Positions 10,058 through 19,535 of a DNA stretch of 64,000 nt are shown here, in pieces (positions within the stretch are counted from its first letter, which is position 1; every line of letters begins with the position of its first letter). The stretch covers positions 258,477-322,476 of the forward strand of contig JACOXI010000003.1 of assembly GCA_016176335.1 (NCBI GenBank), written 5' to 3'. Origin of the DNA: Candidatus Daviesbacteria bacterium (lineage in GTDB: Bacteria > Patescibacteriota > Microgenomatia > Daviesbacterales > UBA10151). Both the position numbers and the translations under genes were made by a program. A model generated the notes under the pieces. It worked only from the letters and a program-made list of their open reading frames with translations, made no database searches and had not been told where the DNA came from.

Positions 10058-10323
10058 TATATTTCAAATTGTAAAAAGTTTTTAAGTTTATCTTCAGTTA
10101 TTTCTACTTTTTCTACTTCTGCCATGGATGGGCCAATATAGCACCATTTAACAAATTTATCTAACTTTTCTTCTTCTCCTTCAGCTTCTATGTAAACTGA
10201 TCCATCAGGAATATTTTTGGCAAATCCAACAATACCCAACAAATCTGCTTGCTCTTTTGCTGTTGCTCTGAAAAATATTCCTTGAACTCTGCCGAAAACT
10301 TTAATATTTAAATGTTTTCTCAT
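10054..10323 (-). CDS. acylphosphatase
   Basis: 89 aa with the VxGxVQGVxFR motif (VFGRVQGIFFRATA) and the acylphosphatase-like fold length. Confidence 0.7.
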   Translation of the reverse strand: MRKHLNIKVFGRVQGIFFRATAKEQADLLGIVGFAKNIPDGSVYIEAEGEEEKLDKFVKWCYIGPSMAEVEKVEITEDKLKNFLQFEIY

Positions 10324-10326
10324 AAT

Positions 10327-11115
10327 TTAGGAAAATTCCAGTATCATCGGCAAATGGTCTGATATTTCTACTTCAAGTACTTGAAAATCTGAAACTTTAA
10401 CATTTTTTGAAATAAAAGTATAATCTGCAAATTTTTGAAAGTTAGGTCCTCCATAAAATGGACTTAAATTACTTCTAGTTCTTAAGATTTGGTATTCTTT
10501 TATTAAGTTTCGCATCCCCTGTCCTAAAATCTTCAGACTTTCAGTTTCAGGAAGGAGGTTAAAGTCCCCAACTAAAATTTTTGCCCCTTTTTTATTTTCA
10601 ATGATATTTTTTGCCTTTTTTACCTGCTTTAATCTATTTGGAGCATCTAGTTTATGTGTGAGAGGATAGGGCGTTCCATGATAGTTAAAAACTGAGAATT
10701 GTTTGTTATTAAAAGTAAAAGTTAGATACTGTAAGGGTGTTGAAAGATTGGAAAAATTCTTTTTTAATGTATCAAGTTGCCTGCTTTTATAAATAAAATA
10801 ATCTTTATGTTCGTCAACTCTGATATTATTTTTGATAAATACTGCTAATCCATATTGTAAGTTAAAGTTAACTGGTTCTGTTTGATCATCAATACCAAAA
10901 AGAATTGGAAAATAAAATACTTGATAATCCGGCAATATTTTTTTGATCTCTTTCAATAAATTAGCCCTAATTCCTTGGTATTGTTTGACCTCGGAAGTTG
11001 TATTGTATATTTCCTGCAGGCAAAAAATATCAGTATCTGCAGACGATTGTTTTATAAAATTAATAAGGGGTTCAAAAACCTTCCCACCCCAGGTATTTAG
11101 CGAAATTAGTTTCAT
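10327..11115 (-). CDS. endonuclease/exonuclease/phosphatase (EEP) family protein
   Basis: N-terminal LNTWGG…DIFCLQEI and C-terminal SDHLP catalytic His motif typical of the EEP/DNase I-like fold. Confidence 0.6.
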   Translation of the reverse strand: MKLISLNTWGGKVFEPLINFIKQSSADTDIFCLQEIYNTTSEVKQYQGIRANLLKEIKKILPDYQVFYFPILFGIDDQTEPVNFNLQYGLAVFIKNNIRVDEHKDYFIYKSRQLDTLKKNFSNLSTPLQYLTFTFNNKQFSVFNYHGTPYPLTHKLDAPNRLKQVKKAKNIIENKKGAKILVGDFNLLPETESLKILGQGMRNLIKEYQILRTRSNLSPFYGGPNFQKFADYTFISKNVKVSDFQVLEVEISDHLPMILEFS

Positions 11116-11156
11116 ACATAGAATTATAGAGTATCAGATGGTAAAATTTAAGACTG

Positions 11157-11228
11157 CGGGGATTAGGTCATCGGTAGACCGCTCGGATGGGGTCCGAGAA
11201 GCAGAGAGTTCAATTCTCTCATCCCCGA
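11157..11228 (+). tRNA. tRNA-Pro (anticodon GGG)
   Basis: Hand-folded cloverleaf: acceptor CGGGGAT/ATCCCCG (C1:G72, typical of tRNA-Pro), D-stem GGTC/GACC, anticodon stem CTCGG/CCGAG with loop AT-GGG-GT, T-arm GAGAG-TTCAATT-CTCTC, discriminator A. Confidence 0.8.
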
Positions 11229-11319
11229 CACACCCCTATTTAAATATATGTATCCATACACCCAAACAAATGAAATTTGGGGTATTGTGTAGAAGGTTTT
11301 GTTTTGCTATAACAAATTC

Positions 11320-12384
11320 ATGGCGCAAAATGATGAAGCTAAAAAAGCTGCAATCGCTGCCGCTATGGCACAAATTCAGAAATCCTACGGCACAGGTTCT
11401 ATCATGAGATTGGGTGAAAGAGCGGAGAAACTGACTACCCAGGTCATTCCCACCGGATCAATTGCGCTGGATTTGGCTTTAGGGGTTGGAGGGATACCCA
11501 GGGGGCGTATTATTGAAATTTTTGGCCCGGAGGCAGGTGGAAAAACTACCTTATGCCTTCACATTATAGCGGAGGCGCAAAAGAAGGATGGAGTTGCCGC
11601 ATTTATTGATGCAGAGCACGCCCTGGATCCCCAAAGAGCCCAAAAAATTGGTGTTAATTTGGATGATCTTTTAATATCTCAACCGGATACTGGCGAGCAG
11701 GGGTTGGAAATTGCTGAAAGCTTAATTAGATCAGGTGGAATTGATGTATTGGTAATTGATTCTGTGGCAGCCTTGGTGCCCCGTGCAGAATTGGAGGGCG
11801 AGATGGGAGATGCAGTCATGGGTATGCAGGCAAGGTTAATGTCTCAAGCTTTGCGAAAATTAACCGGCGCTGTTTCCAATACCAACACAATTGTGATTTT
11901 TACCAACCAGTTGAGGCAAAAGATTGGAGTGATGTTTGGAAATCCGGAAACAACTCCTGGAGGATTGGCGCTGAAGTTTTATACGTCAGTTAGACTTGAT
12001 ATTAGAAAAATTGAGAACATTAAAGTGGGAGATACAGTTGTTGGCTCAAGACATAGGGTAAAAGTTGTAAAAAATAAAGTTGCTCCTCCGTTTAGAATTG
12101 CCGAGTTTGATATGGACGAAAACGGTATATCTTACGAAGGTGAGCTTTTGGATATTGGTATAGAGCTTGGGATTTTGACAAAAAGCGGGGCATTTATCAA
12201 AAAAGGTGAAACTATCATAGGTCAGGGCAGGCCTGCTGCTATAGAATACTTAAAGAATGATAAAAAGGAAGCTCAAAACCTGGAAAAAGAAATCAGGGAG
12301 GGATGGGGAGAACAAAAAGAGGGTAAGGAGAAAATTGTAGTAGGACCACAAGAAGAGGCAGTAGGTATAGAACAAGCTGTCTGA
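11320..12384 (+). CDS. recA: recombinase RecA
   Basis: …[30 protein letters not shown]… Walker A, L1/L2 loops and the full RecA length. Start set at MAQNDEAKK. Confidence 0.95.
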   Translation: MAQNDEAKKAAIAAAMAQIQKSYGTGSIMRLGERAEKLTTQVIPTGSIALDLALGVGGIPRGRIIEIFGPEAGGKTTLCLHIIAEAQKKDGVAAFIDAEHALDPQRAQKIGVNLDDLLISQPDTGEQGLEIAESLIRSGGIDVLVIDSVAALVPRAELEGEMGDAVMGMQARLMSQALRKLTGAVSNTNTIVIFTNQLRQKIGVMFGNPETTPGGLALKFYTSVRLDIRKIENIKVGDTVVGSRHRVKVVKNKVAPPFRIAEFDMDENGISYEGELLDIGIELGILTKSGAFIKKGETIIGQGRPAAIEYLKNDKKEAQNLEKEIREGWGEQKEGKEKIVVGPQEEAVGIEQAV

Positions 12385-12385
12385 T

Positions 12386-13063
12386 ATGCCCAGAGTAACT
12401 GCCGTAGAACCTCAAACTCTTCGACTACGCTTGGGGCCTAATCGGAGATTTAATATATTTTTAGATGGAGAATTTGCTTTTGGAGCAGATGAGGATTTGG
12501 TGGTGGAATGGAGATTGATCCCCGGTAAAGTACTTGACACACCCGATGTGGAAAGATTGTTATTTGAGGCAGAGGTAGGGAAACTGATGGAAAGGATGTA
12601 CCGACTTTTTAATATCAGACAAAGAAGCGAAAAAGAGGTTAAAGACTATTTGAGGAATTTGTCTTTTAAAAGGAAAGTTAAAGGTCAAGAGGAAATTTCA
12701 GAAGCAGCTATTGCACTTTTAATTAATAAATTAAAACAAAAGGGTCTTCTGTCTGATGAACAATTTGCTAAAGCTTGGGTGCAGTCACGAAGAAAAACTA
12801 AAAATAAAGGAAAAATCGCACTTAAAGCTGAATTGTATCAAAAAGGAATTAATCGAGATTTAATTGAAGAAGTACTTGAGGAAGAATCCACACCAGAATC
12901 TGAAAAGCAGTTAGCTCAACAAGCCTTAATGAAAAAAATGAAGACTTGGAAAAGCTTACCGTTGTTGAAATTTAAGAAAAAATCCTACGAGTTTTTATTA
13001 AGAAGAGGTTTTGAATATGAAGTTGTTCGGGAAGTTATTGAAAATTATCTTAACAAGAGGTAA
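12386..13063 (+). CDS. recX: recombination regulator RecX
   Basis: Immediately downstream of recA, 225 aa, with a three-repeat helical architecture and RecX-like N-terminus (…LRLRLGPNRRFNIFLDGEFAF…). Confidence 0.75.
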   Translation: MPRVTAVEPQTLRLRLGPNRRFNIFLDGEFAFGADEDLVVEWRLIPGKVLDTPDVERLLFEAEVGKLMERMYRLFNIRQRSEKEVKDYLRNLSFKRKVKGQEEISEAAIALLINKLKQKGLLSDEQFAKAWVQSRRKTKNKGKIALKAELYQKGINRDLIEEVLEEESTPESEKQLAQQALMKKMKTWKSLPLLKFKKKSYEFLLRRGFEYEVVREVIENYLNKR

Positions 13064-13179
13064 AATACTAATACTTGGAGTATAGAGGTAAATTCTGATA
13101 TGGGTACCAAGATTTTTCAAAAACTTGCAAACTTTATCAGCCGATAATTTCGGTTCCTCTGCTATTCTCCCAAAATTGT

Positions 13180-14502
13180 ATGCAAAGATCATTTGGTCCA
13201 ATTACATCAAATCAACAAAGTTCTAATTCTACAGAACTTGCCAAACGAGAGGGAATTTTAGAGGAAAGAGAAAGACAAATATCACAAAAGAGTAAAATTT
13301 TAGATGAAAAGTTAGACCAAGTTGAAAAAACCAGAAAAGACTTGGTAGAAAAGCTGGAAAAAGCCTCCAGGCTATCCAAAGATGAAGCTGGCAAGATATT
13401 ATTGGAACAGGTAGAAAAAGATCTATCTGTTGAGATTTCCAAAAAAATTAAAGAAGCGGAAGAAGAAATAAAGCTGGCATCAGATGAGAAGTCAAAGGAG
13501 ATTTTGGCTGATGCTATGAGGCATGGATTTACAGATGTGATTTCCGAATTTACAACCTCAAGGGTTAATCTTCCTGATGAAGAAGTTAAGGGGCGGATTA
13601 TCGGCAAAGAAGGAAGGAATATCAGAACTTTTGAACAAGCAACCGGGGTAGATGTGATTATGGATGATGAAACTCCCAATAGTTTGATAATTTCATCATT
13701 TGACTCTGTCAGGCGTGAAATTGCCAAAGTTGCTTTAGAGAAACTTTTGGCTGATGGAAGAATTCAACCACAAAGAATTGAGGAGATAGTTGCCAAAACC
13801 AAAGAGGATTTTGAAAAAATTATGTTACAAGCAGGGGAAAAACTTTGTACAGATGCCGGAGTTTATAATTTACCCACTGATTTGGTAAAACTTTTGGGAA
13901 GATTTAAATATAGATTTTCTTTCGGGCAAAATTTGATCCAACATACATTGGAGGAAACAAGAATTGGGGTGGTTTTGGCAAAAGAAATTGGAGCAGATGC
14001 AAACATTGTTCGTTTGGGCTGTTTGCTGCATGATATTGGAAAAGTAGCAACAGAGGGAGATGAGGGGACTCATGTTGAAAAAGGAGTGCAAGTTGCCAAA
14101 AAATTCCAAATGCCGGAGGCAGTTGTCAATTGTATTGCGGAACATCATGAAGATAAACCATTCTCCTCCATTGAGTCGGTGTTGGTCTATATCGCGGACG
14201 CAATATCCGGCGGAAGGCCGGGAGCAAGACACGAAAATGTTGAGGATTATATAAAAAGGATGGGGGATCTGGAAAAAATTGCCACCTCGTATGAAGGGGT
14301 TGATAAAGCTTTTGCACTGCAAGCAGGTCGTGAAGTTAGAGTTATAGTTATGCCGGATAGAATATCCGATGATGAATTACCAAAATTGGTACACGATATA
14401 GCAACAAGAATTTCTCAAGAAGTTATGGTTCCTGGGGCAGTCAAAATTACAGCAATCAGAGAAACCAGAATAACGGAAACTACAATGACGACTCCGCAGT
14501 GA
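13180..14502 (+). CDS. rny: ribonuclease Y (KH + HD domains; N-terminal transmembrane anchor apparently absent)
   Basis: KH motif GRIIGKEGRNIRTFE, HD motif LLHDIGK…HH, C-terminal …VIRETR. Aligns to B. subtilis RNase Y from about residue 80 onward. The upstream in-frame sequence lacks a hydrophobic helix. Confidence 0.85.
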   Translation: MQRSFGPITSNQQSSNSTELAKREGILEERERQISQKSKILDEKLDQVEKTRKDLVEKLEKASRLSKDEAGKILLEQVEKDLSVEISKKIKEAEEEIKLASDEKSKEILADAMRHGFTDVISEFTTSRVNLPDEEVKGRIIGKEGRNIRTFEQATGVDVIMDDETPNSLIISSFDSVRREIAKVALEKLLADGRIQPQRIEEIVAKTKEDFEKIMLQAGEKLCTDAGVYNLPTDLVKLLGRFKYRFSFGQNLIQHTLEETRIGVVLAKEIGADANIVRLGCLLHDIGKVATEGDEGTHVEKGVQVAKKFQMPEAVVNCIAEHHEDKPFSSIESVLVYIADAISGGRPGARHENVEDYIKRMGDLEKIATSYEGVDKAFALQAGREVRVIVMPDRISDDELPKLVHDIATRISQEVMVPGAVKITAIRETRITETTMTTPQ

Positions 14503-14555
14503 TACTTCTTACTTTGGGTCTTTACATAGGGTAAAACTTCTGGTAATTTAGTGTC

Positions 14556-14828
14556 ATGACAAAGAATCAGCTTATAGAAAAAGTTGCTAAAAAAGCCAGT
14601 CTTACTAAAAGGGCAGCAGCAGATGCGGTAAATTCCACATTTAATTTTATTAAAGACGGTTTGGTAAGAGGAGAAAAAGTTGTCATTACCGGATTTGGGA
14701 CTTTTCTTATTAGATCTCGTGCAGCAAGGCGTGGCAGAAATCCTCAAACAGGAGAAACAATCCAAATTCCCAATAAAAAAACTCCGGGATTTACAGCAGG
14801 AAAAACTCTTAAGAGATTAATTAAGTGA
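14556..14828 (+). CDS. hup: DNA-binding protein HU
   Basis: 90 aa. MTKNQLIEKVAKKASLTKRAAADAVNSTFNFI…GFGTF..R.R.AR.GRNPQTGE.I.IP…F..GK.LK is canonical HU. Confidence 0.9.
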   Translation: MTKNQLIEKVAKKASLTKRAAADAVNSTFNFIKDGLVRGEKVVITGFGTFLIRSRAARRGRNPQTGETIQIPNKKTPGFTAGKTLKRLIK

Positions 14829-14984
14829 TATTACCCAGTCTTTAAATTTATTATCAGACTGATAATTTGGTTTAGGTTTTAATGATCCATCAAGAAATCC
14901 CCCAATTCCTCTGGCAGCCAAAATGACTTTTAATTTATCTATGTTGTAACCGCTCATTACTAACATGGATAATATCTTCTCGGC

Positions 14985-15770
14985 CTAATCTTGATTTTGG
15001 AGTACACTGAACACTCTTTGAATGAAATATCCGATATCATAATATTCAACCCCATTTACCATAGCGTGTTCTCCATCAAAAAGTCCAAGTTTATCTCCTT
15101 TTAGAATGATTAGATGCCAGGGAGTAAAGTCTCCATGCCTGGGTCTTTTTTGAAGTCTAGGTATACCATTTTCCACAATTTTCAATAAATCCATCACTTT
15201 GTACCTTTCCCTGATATCTTCCGGAATGTCACCATACCATGATTTCGTTTTCTGTAAGAACCATCTCTGATGTTCAGAGTTTTCTTGATCAGATAGTTGA
15301 TCAATACCTAGTTCTTGAATCAATTCTGAAAATTCAATAACAGAAGGCAGGAGATTTTGAAGAATTGTTGATACCCGTATCCTTTCTGGTCTTTGGGCAA
15401 GTAATTCCCCATCAAATTTATCGGTTATTAAATAGAAAAGCTTATCTTTGTATAGTCCGCAATCTTTGTTTTGAGGCACCCAAAAATTTGAGACAGATCT
15501 TGATACTAATTTATTAAATTGTTCGTTCCATCTATATTCATTTTTTGTGACAGTAGAGATGCCCTCGGTAGTTGCCAGTTTTAAAAATAATACTTTGTTC
15601 CCCTTTTCTAATATACCAAGAATGTGTCTTCCACCCGACCAAAGTTTTTTGATGAGGTATCTTTTTTCAAAAAAGGCCTTTGTCTTACCTAAATCCAATT
15701 TTTTACCCAAACGATAATCTAAAACTCTGCCGTTTACCTTGATTTGGAAGGCTTTGAGATTTTTTCTCAT
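14985..15770 (-). CDS. APH/choline-kinase-like phosphotransferase family protein
   Basis: Catalytic-loop-like HGDFTPWHLII and downstream D-x-E/G pattern resembling the aminoglycoside phosphotransferase/ChoK fold. No other recognisable motifs. Confidence 0.4.
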   Translation of the reverse strand: MRKNLKAFQIKVNGRVLDYRLGKKLDLGKTKAFFEKRYLIKKLWSGGRHILGILEKGNKVLFLKLATTEGISTVTKNEYRWNEQFNKLVSRSVSNFWVPQNKDCGLYKDKLFYLITDKFDGELLAQRPERIRVSTILQNLLPSVIEFSELIQELGIDQLSDQENSEHQRWFLQKTKSWYGDIPEDIRERYKVMDLLKIVENGIPRLQKRPRHGDFTPWHLIILKGDKLGLFDGEHAMVNGVEYYDIGYFIQRVFSVLQNQD

Positions 15771-15843
15771 ATAAATTGATTATATCAAAGGTTTTCTGTA
15801 TTATTGTATGGATACGTGAATCAACTCAAAAGTCAAAACTCAA

Positions 15844-16128
15844 ATGTCAAAACCTAAGATTAACAAGGGTATTCAGATTCCAGATCAAATTTTACGAGAG
15901 TTGTTAACTGTCTCCGAATGGAGAATGTTAAAGAACCGCTTTCAAATAAAGAACCTTTTGGAAGAAGGATTATCCATAAGATCGGTGGCAAGTCAGGTTA
16001 GAGTTGGTACTGATACGGTAGTTAGGGTAGCCAGGATCATTGAAAAAAGTAACTTGAAAATTTTGAAAAAAGTAAAAAAACTGCCATTTAAAACTTCAAC
16101 CCCTTGGATTTTTGGGAAAAGTGAATAA
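15844..16128 (+). CDS. TrpR-like/YerC-YecD family DNA-binding protein
   Basis: …ELLT.SEWRMLKNRFQI…L.EGLS.R.VA..V.VGT.TV.RV is the TrpR/YerC helix-turn-helix signature. The N-terminus is encoded within a heptamer-repeat tract. Confidence 0.55.
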   Translation: MSKPKINKGIQIPDQILRELLTVSEWRMLKNRFQIKNLLEEGLSIRSVASQVRVGTDTVVRVARIIEKSNLKILKKVKKLPFKTSTPWIFGKSE

Positions 16129-16137
16129 GTAGATTTC

Positions 16138-17340
16138 TTAAAAAGGATTTTTTGACATATTTATTAAGAAAAACAATTTGATGAATTCTTTGGGGATGGG
16201 AATGCCAGTTAAAAATGGATAGACTAAAATAAAACTTAAAATCATTAAGCTAAGAAAAATAATAATCATTGGTTGACTCTTTTTTTTGTCTAAACCTAAA
16301 CTTAATTGGTATCCCAATGCCAGAGATAAAAATGGAACTGAAGGACTAAAATAATATATAAACATTAACCTGGGAGAGATAGCCCAAGGTAACCAGAGAA
16401 AGAAAAATCCAGCCAAAACCAGTAATAAACTCTCGGAACGTTTTTTTAGATAATCCCTAACAGTTAACAAAATAGCGATTGTGCCTACCCAAAAAACAAC
16501 AGGATTGCCGAAGGCAAAAATATTGGCAATTTTATCTTTTTGATAGTCTACAAAATACCAAACAGGATAAAGATTAAGCGGCCAGGACCACCAAGAAGAA
16601 GCATAATCATGAGCTGCTTTCAAATGAGTATGATACCACCACTGCTGATTTATAAGTTGCAGAAATTGATTGAGTGTATGACCAGTTAAAAAAAAGGGTA
16701 AATAGATTAGTAAATAGATAACAGGAGGGATAACTAGAAATTTGAATATTTTTATCGGCAGACGGTATTTTATCAGCAGTAAAATAAAAAGACCCAGTAG
16801 ATAAACAGCTGTCCATTTATTCGCCAGCGCCATTCCCAAAAATATTGCAGAAATGCTAAATTTGTTTTTTATGAAAAACACAAAACTTAAAAGACAAAAA
16901 GTAACCAGATAAATATCCAACATGCCGGTTCTTGATTGGACAAAATTTAAGCCATCAATAGAAAAGATCAAGGCTGAAAGTAAAGCTATAGTGTCTTTTT
17001 TGAAAAGTAACACTCCAAGATAATAGACCAGATATACAGATAGCACCCCCATTACTACTCCTGGTAAACGCCAAGCGAGACTGTCAGTATTTTTCAGGAT
17101 AAACATTGACCCGGCCATTATTTCTTGAGCTAGCGGTGGATTGACCCAAGCATAGGCATGACCTTCAGGAGCTTTTGTCCACCATTCCCAAGCTTCCTTA
17201 TTCCCCTTTAGATACTCCTTTGCTGTAAATGGGTAGTACACCTCATCAAAAACATAATTTTTAGGATAATCAATTCTTATAATCCGCAAAAATAGCGAAC
17301 TAACAAGTAATAAAATGAGAAGCAAATTAGTCTTTTTCAT
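16138..17340 (-). CDS. GT39/PMT-like (GT-C fold) membrane glycosyltransferase
   Basis: N-terminal loop YVFDEVYY (the DE motif of PMT/ArnT-type GT-C enzymes) followed by at least 10 predicted TM helices. Confidence 0.55.
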   Translation of the reverse strand: MKKTNLLLILLLVSSLFLRIIRIDYPKNYVFDEVYYPFTAKEYLKGNKEAWEWWTKAPEGHAYAWVNPPLAQEIMAGSMFILKNTDSLAWRLPGVVMGVLSVYLVYYLGVLLFKKDTIALLSALIFSIDGLNFVQSRTGMLDIYLVTFCLLSFVFFIKNKFSISAIFLGMALANKWTAVYLLGLFILLLIKYRLPIKIFKFLVIPPVIYLLIYLPFFLTGHTLNQFLQLINQQWWYHTHLKAAHDYASSWWSWPLNLYPVWYFVDYQKDKIANIFAFGNPVVFWVGTIAILLTVRDYLKKRSESLLLVLAGFFFLWLPWAISPRLMFIYYFSPSVPFLSLALGYQLSLGLDKKKSQPMIIIFLSLMILSFILVYPFLTGIPIPKEFIKLFFLINMSKNPF

Positions 17341-18448
17341 AACACTTTTTTAACTCGTATATTAATCTCAAATAGAGAAAAATAAAATAGATTACTATAA
17401 ATCGAAAAATTATATCCAAAATAAATCTCAATTCATGTGTTAGCCTAAAATAAGAAAACAAAACTGTAGAATTGATTAAGTCAAATGGCCACCAAATGCT
17501 AATAGCAGGAATTTGGAGTAAAGATACAAAAGGCAAAAACCATAGCATGTATTGAGGAGTGTTGACATGGTTTCCTAAAACAGCCGTAAAGATTGTGAGA
17601 TAACAAAGGAGTAAAAAATTTTTATTAGTTAAACTGCTCTTTTTGTAGAAGAACCAACTTATGAACCAGGCGATCAAAAGTAAACTAAAAAGTAGTAAAG
17701 TGCGGTAATGATCAAACCCAAAATAAATTAGATAATAAGATAACGTATTAAAATCATACATTTGAGGATTCTGACTTTGCCAAGTATAAGGAAAAAGCCA
17801 AAATTGAAAATTGTAAAGAGCAAAAGGAAGGTTAATTAGAACTATGGTAGTTATAAAAATTATCAAAGGTAAAATAATAGATTTTTTTCCTAGTTGGTAC
17901 AATATGAATAAAGGTAATAGAAACCCAGGATAAATTTTAACTGTTGTTCCAAGAGCCAGTATTAAAAAGGCCAGTTTTGACTGATTTTTTATCAGTAATA
18001 AAATAGCAAGTAGAGTTAGTAAAGTCGGCAATAAGTCATAGTTAGTAGTTGAAGCAATGAGAAAAGTGGGTGATGCAGTCAGGTAAATAATAAATCTTTT
18101 AGATTTGGAGTTGACAATCGTTGCTAAGCGGTCTAAGCAGACAAAAATTAAAAGTCCTGCCGGTATAAAGATAAAGGCATTTCCCAGAATAAAATTCTGA
18201 TAGGAAAATCCACCCAGAAGCATACTTATAAAATAAGCAAATTTTTGTATCAGTATATAACCTACTGGATACTCAATAGGAAAAAAGAAGCTATGTGCTA
18301 TATATTGACCGTAGTAATGGTAAAAATACCACCAATCCCCCTGATATGTACCTAAAAGATTAACGAACGGCCAAAAATTCAGTCTAATATAGACTGAAAA
18401 TATTAAAACGATTGCAGGGAAGAGCAAATAAAGATTCTTGATGTTCAT
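17327..18448 (-). CDS. polytopic membrane protein, probable GT-C-type glycosyltransferase partner
   Basis: 374 aa, highly hydrophobic and Trp/Tyr-rich. Start set at MNIKNLYLL (ATG at 18446–18448) to avoid overlap with miaA. Abuts the GT39-like gene on the same strand. Confidence 0.45.
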   Translation of the reverse strand: MNIKNLYLLFPAIVLIFSVYIRLNFWPFVNLLGTYQGDWWYFYHYYGQYIAHSFFFPIEYPVGYILIQKFAYFISMLLGGFSYQNFILGNAFIFIPAGLLIFVCLDRLATIVNSKSKRFIIYLTASPTFLIASTTNYDLLPTLLTLLAILLLIKNQSKLAFLILALGTTVKIYPGFLLPLFILYQLGKKSIILPLIIFITTIVLINLPFALYNFQFWLFPYTWQSQNPQMYDFNTLSYYLIYFGFDHYRTLLLFSLLLIAWFISWFFYKKSSLTNKNFLLLCYLTIFTAVLGNHVNTPQYMLWFLPFVSLLQIPAISIWWPFDLINSTVLFSYFRLTHELRFILDIIFRFIVIYFIFLYLRLIYELKKCYEKD

Positions 18449-18473
18449 CTTAGAGTATATAATATTGTACCGT

Positions 18474-19535
18474 ATGAAAAAAATTTTAGTGATTTTGGGT
18501 CCAACTGCAACAAGAAAAACTGACTTGGCTTTATATTTGGCCAAAAAACTTAATGGAGAGTTGGTGGCTTGTGATTCTAGACAAGTATATAAGGGATTAG
18601 ATATTGGCACTGGAAAGTTACCAGCCCCAATGTCAAATCTCAAATGTCCCGTCAAAGACGAGGCTCGCTCGCCTCGCAGCGAAGCAGCGGGCCTCTGGCG
18701 GCAAATGTCAAATGTAGAAAAAAAGAATGGATATTGGAAGATTGATGGGATAAAAATACATATGTATGATGTTGTTTCTCTAAAGATTCAGTTTACTGTG
18801 GCAGATTATGTTAAAGATGCAAATAGGGTAATTAATGATATTGAGAAAAGAGGGAAATTGCCAATTATAGTGGGTGGGACAGGATTGTATGCTAAAGCAT
18901 TAATTGAGGGATTGTCTTCTCTTGAAACACCCGTAAATAAAAAATTAAGGCAGAAATTAAACTTTTTATCTTTAAAACAACTGCAAAAAAAACTGCAAAA
19001 AATTGCATCGGAGAAATGGCAGTCTTTGAATCATTCCGATAAGAATAATCCAAGAAGATTAGTTCGGGCAATTGAGTTAGAAATTAATAAGGGAGATACG
19101 GGAAATCGGGGCAATTGGGGAAATCAGAGATTAGCAAGAGAATTTGATATTTTAAAAATTGGATTAAATGCGTCTAGAGATATATTGTATGAAAAAATTA
19201 ATAAAAGAGTTTATAAGTGGATTGAGGAGGGAATATTAGAAGAAGTTAAAAATTTAAGGAGTAAGGGGATAAGCAAAGATAGGTTTAAAGAATTGGGACT
19301 AGAGTATTCGGTTGCTTTGGAATATTTGGATAAAAAAATTACGCTTGAGGAAATGGTAAATAAGATGCAAACTAAAGTCAGGCAATATGCAAAGAGGCAA
19401 ATTACCTGGTTTAAGAGGGATAAAAATATTTTTTGGTTTGATATATCGGATAAAGATTATCTAATAAAAGTAGAAAACTTCATCACTAAATGGTATCATC
19501 AGTTAAAGATAACAAAATATGCCGCAAAAAATTGA
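18474..19535 (+). CDS. miaA: tRNA dimethylallyltransferase MiaA carrying an in-frame GC-rich palindromic insertion
   Basis: P-loop GPTATRKT, DSRQVYKGLDIGTGK, then about 35 extra residues (…PAPMSNLKCPVKDEARSPRSEAAGLWRQMSNVEKK…) before the conserved …HMYDVV…/…QFTVADYVKDA… block. The rest matches the MiaA family. Confidence 0.85.
   Translation: MKKILVILGPTATRKTDLALYLAKKLNGELVACDSRQVYKGLDIGTGKLPAPMSNLKCPVKDEARSPRSEAAGLWRQMSNVEKKNGYWKIDGIKIHMYDVVSLKIQFTVADYVKDANRVINDIEKRGKLPIIVGGTGLYAKALIEGLSSLETPVNKKLRQKLNFLSLKQLQKKLQKIASEKWQSLNHSDKNNPRRLVRAIELEINKGDTGNRGNWGNQRLAREFDILKIGLNASRDILYEKINKRVYKWIEEGILEEVKNLRSKGISKDRFKELGLEYSVALEYLDKKITLEEMVNKMQTKVRQYAKRQITWFKRDKNIFWFDISDKDYLIKVENFITKWYHQLKITKYAAKN
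18648..18701. repeat. GC-rich palindromic mini-element (copy 1) inserted in-frame in miaA, flanked by direct heptamer repeats
   Basis: CCGTCAAAGACGAGGCTCGCTCGCCTCGCAGCGAAGCAGCGGGCCTCTGGCGG is about 70% GC in an AT-rich gene. It is flanked by AATGTCAAATCTCAAATGT on the left and CAAATGTCAAATGTAG on the right. It shares the GGCTCGCCTCGC / CGTCAAAGACG / GCGAAGC.GCGGGC words with the copies at 22902–22962 and 37600–37629. Confidence 0.6.

Noticed and set aside
13212-13727. 171-aa minus-strand ORF inside rny
   Set aside because: It is antisense to the RNase Y coding sequence and is a Ser/Leu-rich artefact of an AT-rich coiled-coil region.
14830-14870. Hairpin CAGTCTTtaaatttattatCAGACTG after hup
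   Set aside because: It is plausibly a terminator but lacks a convincing U-tract, so it is not listed as a feature.
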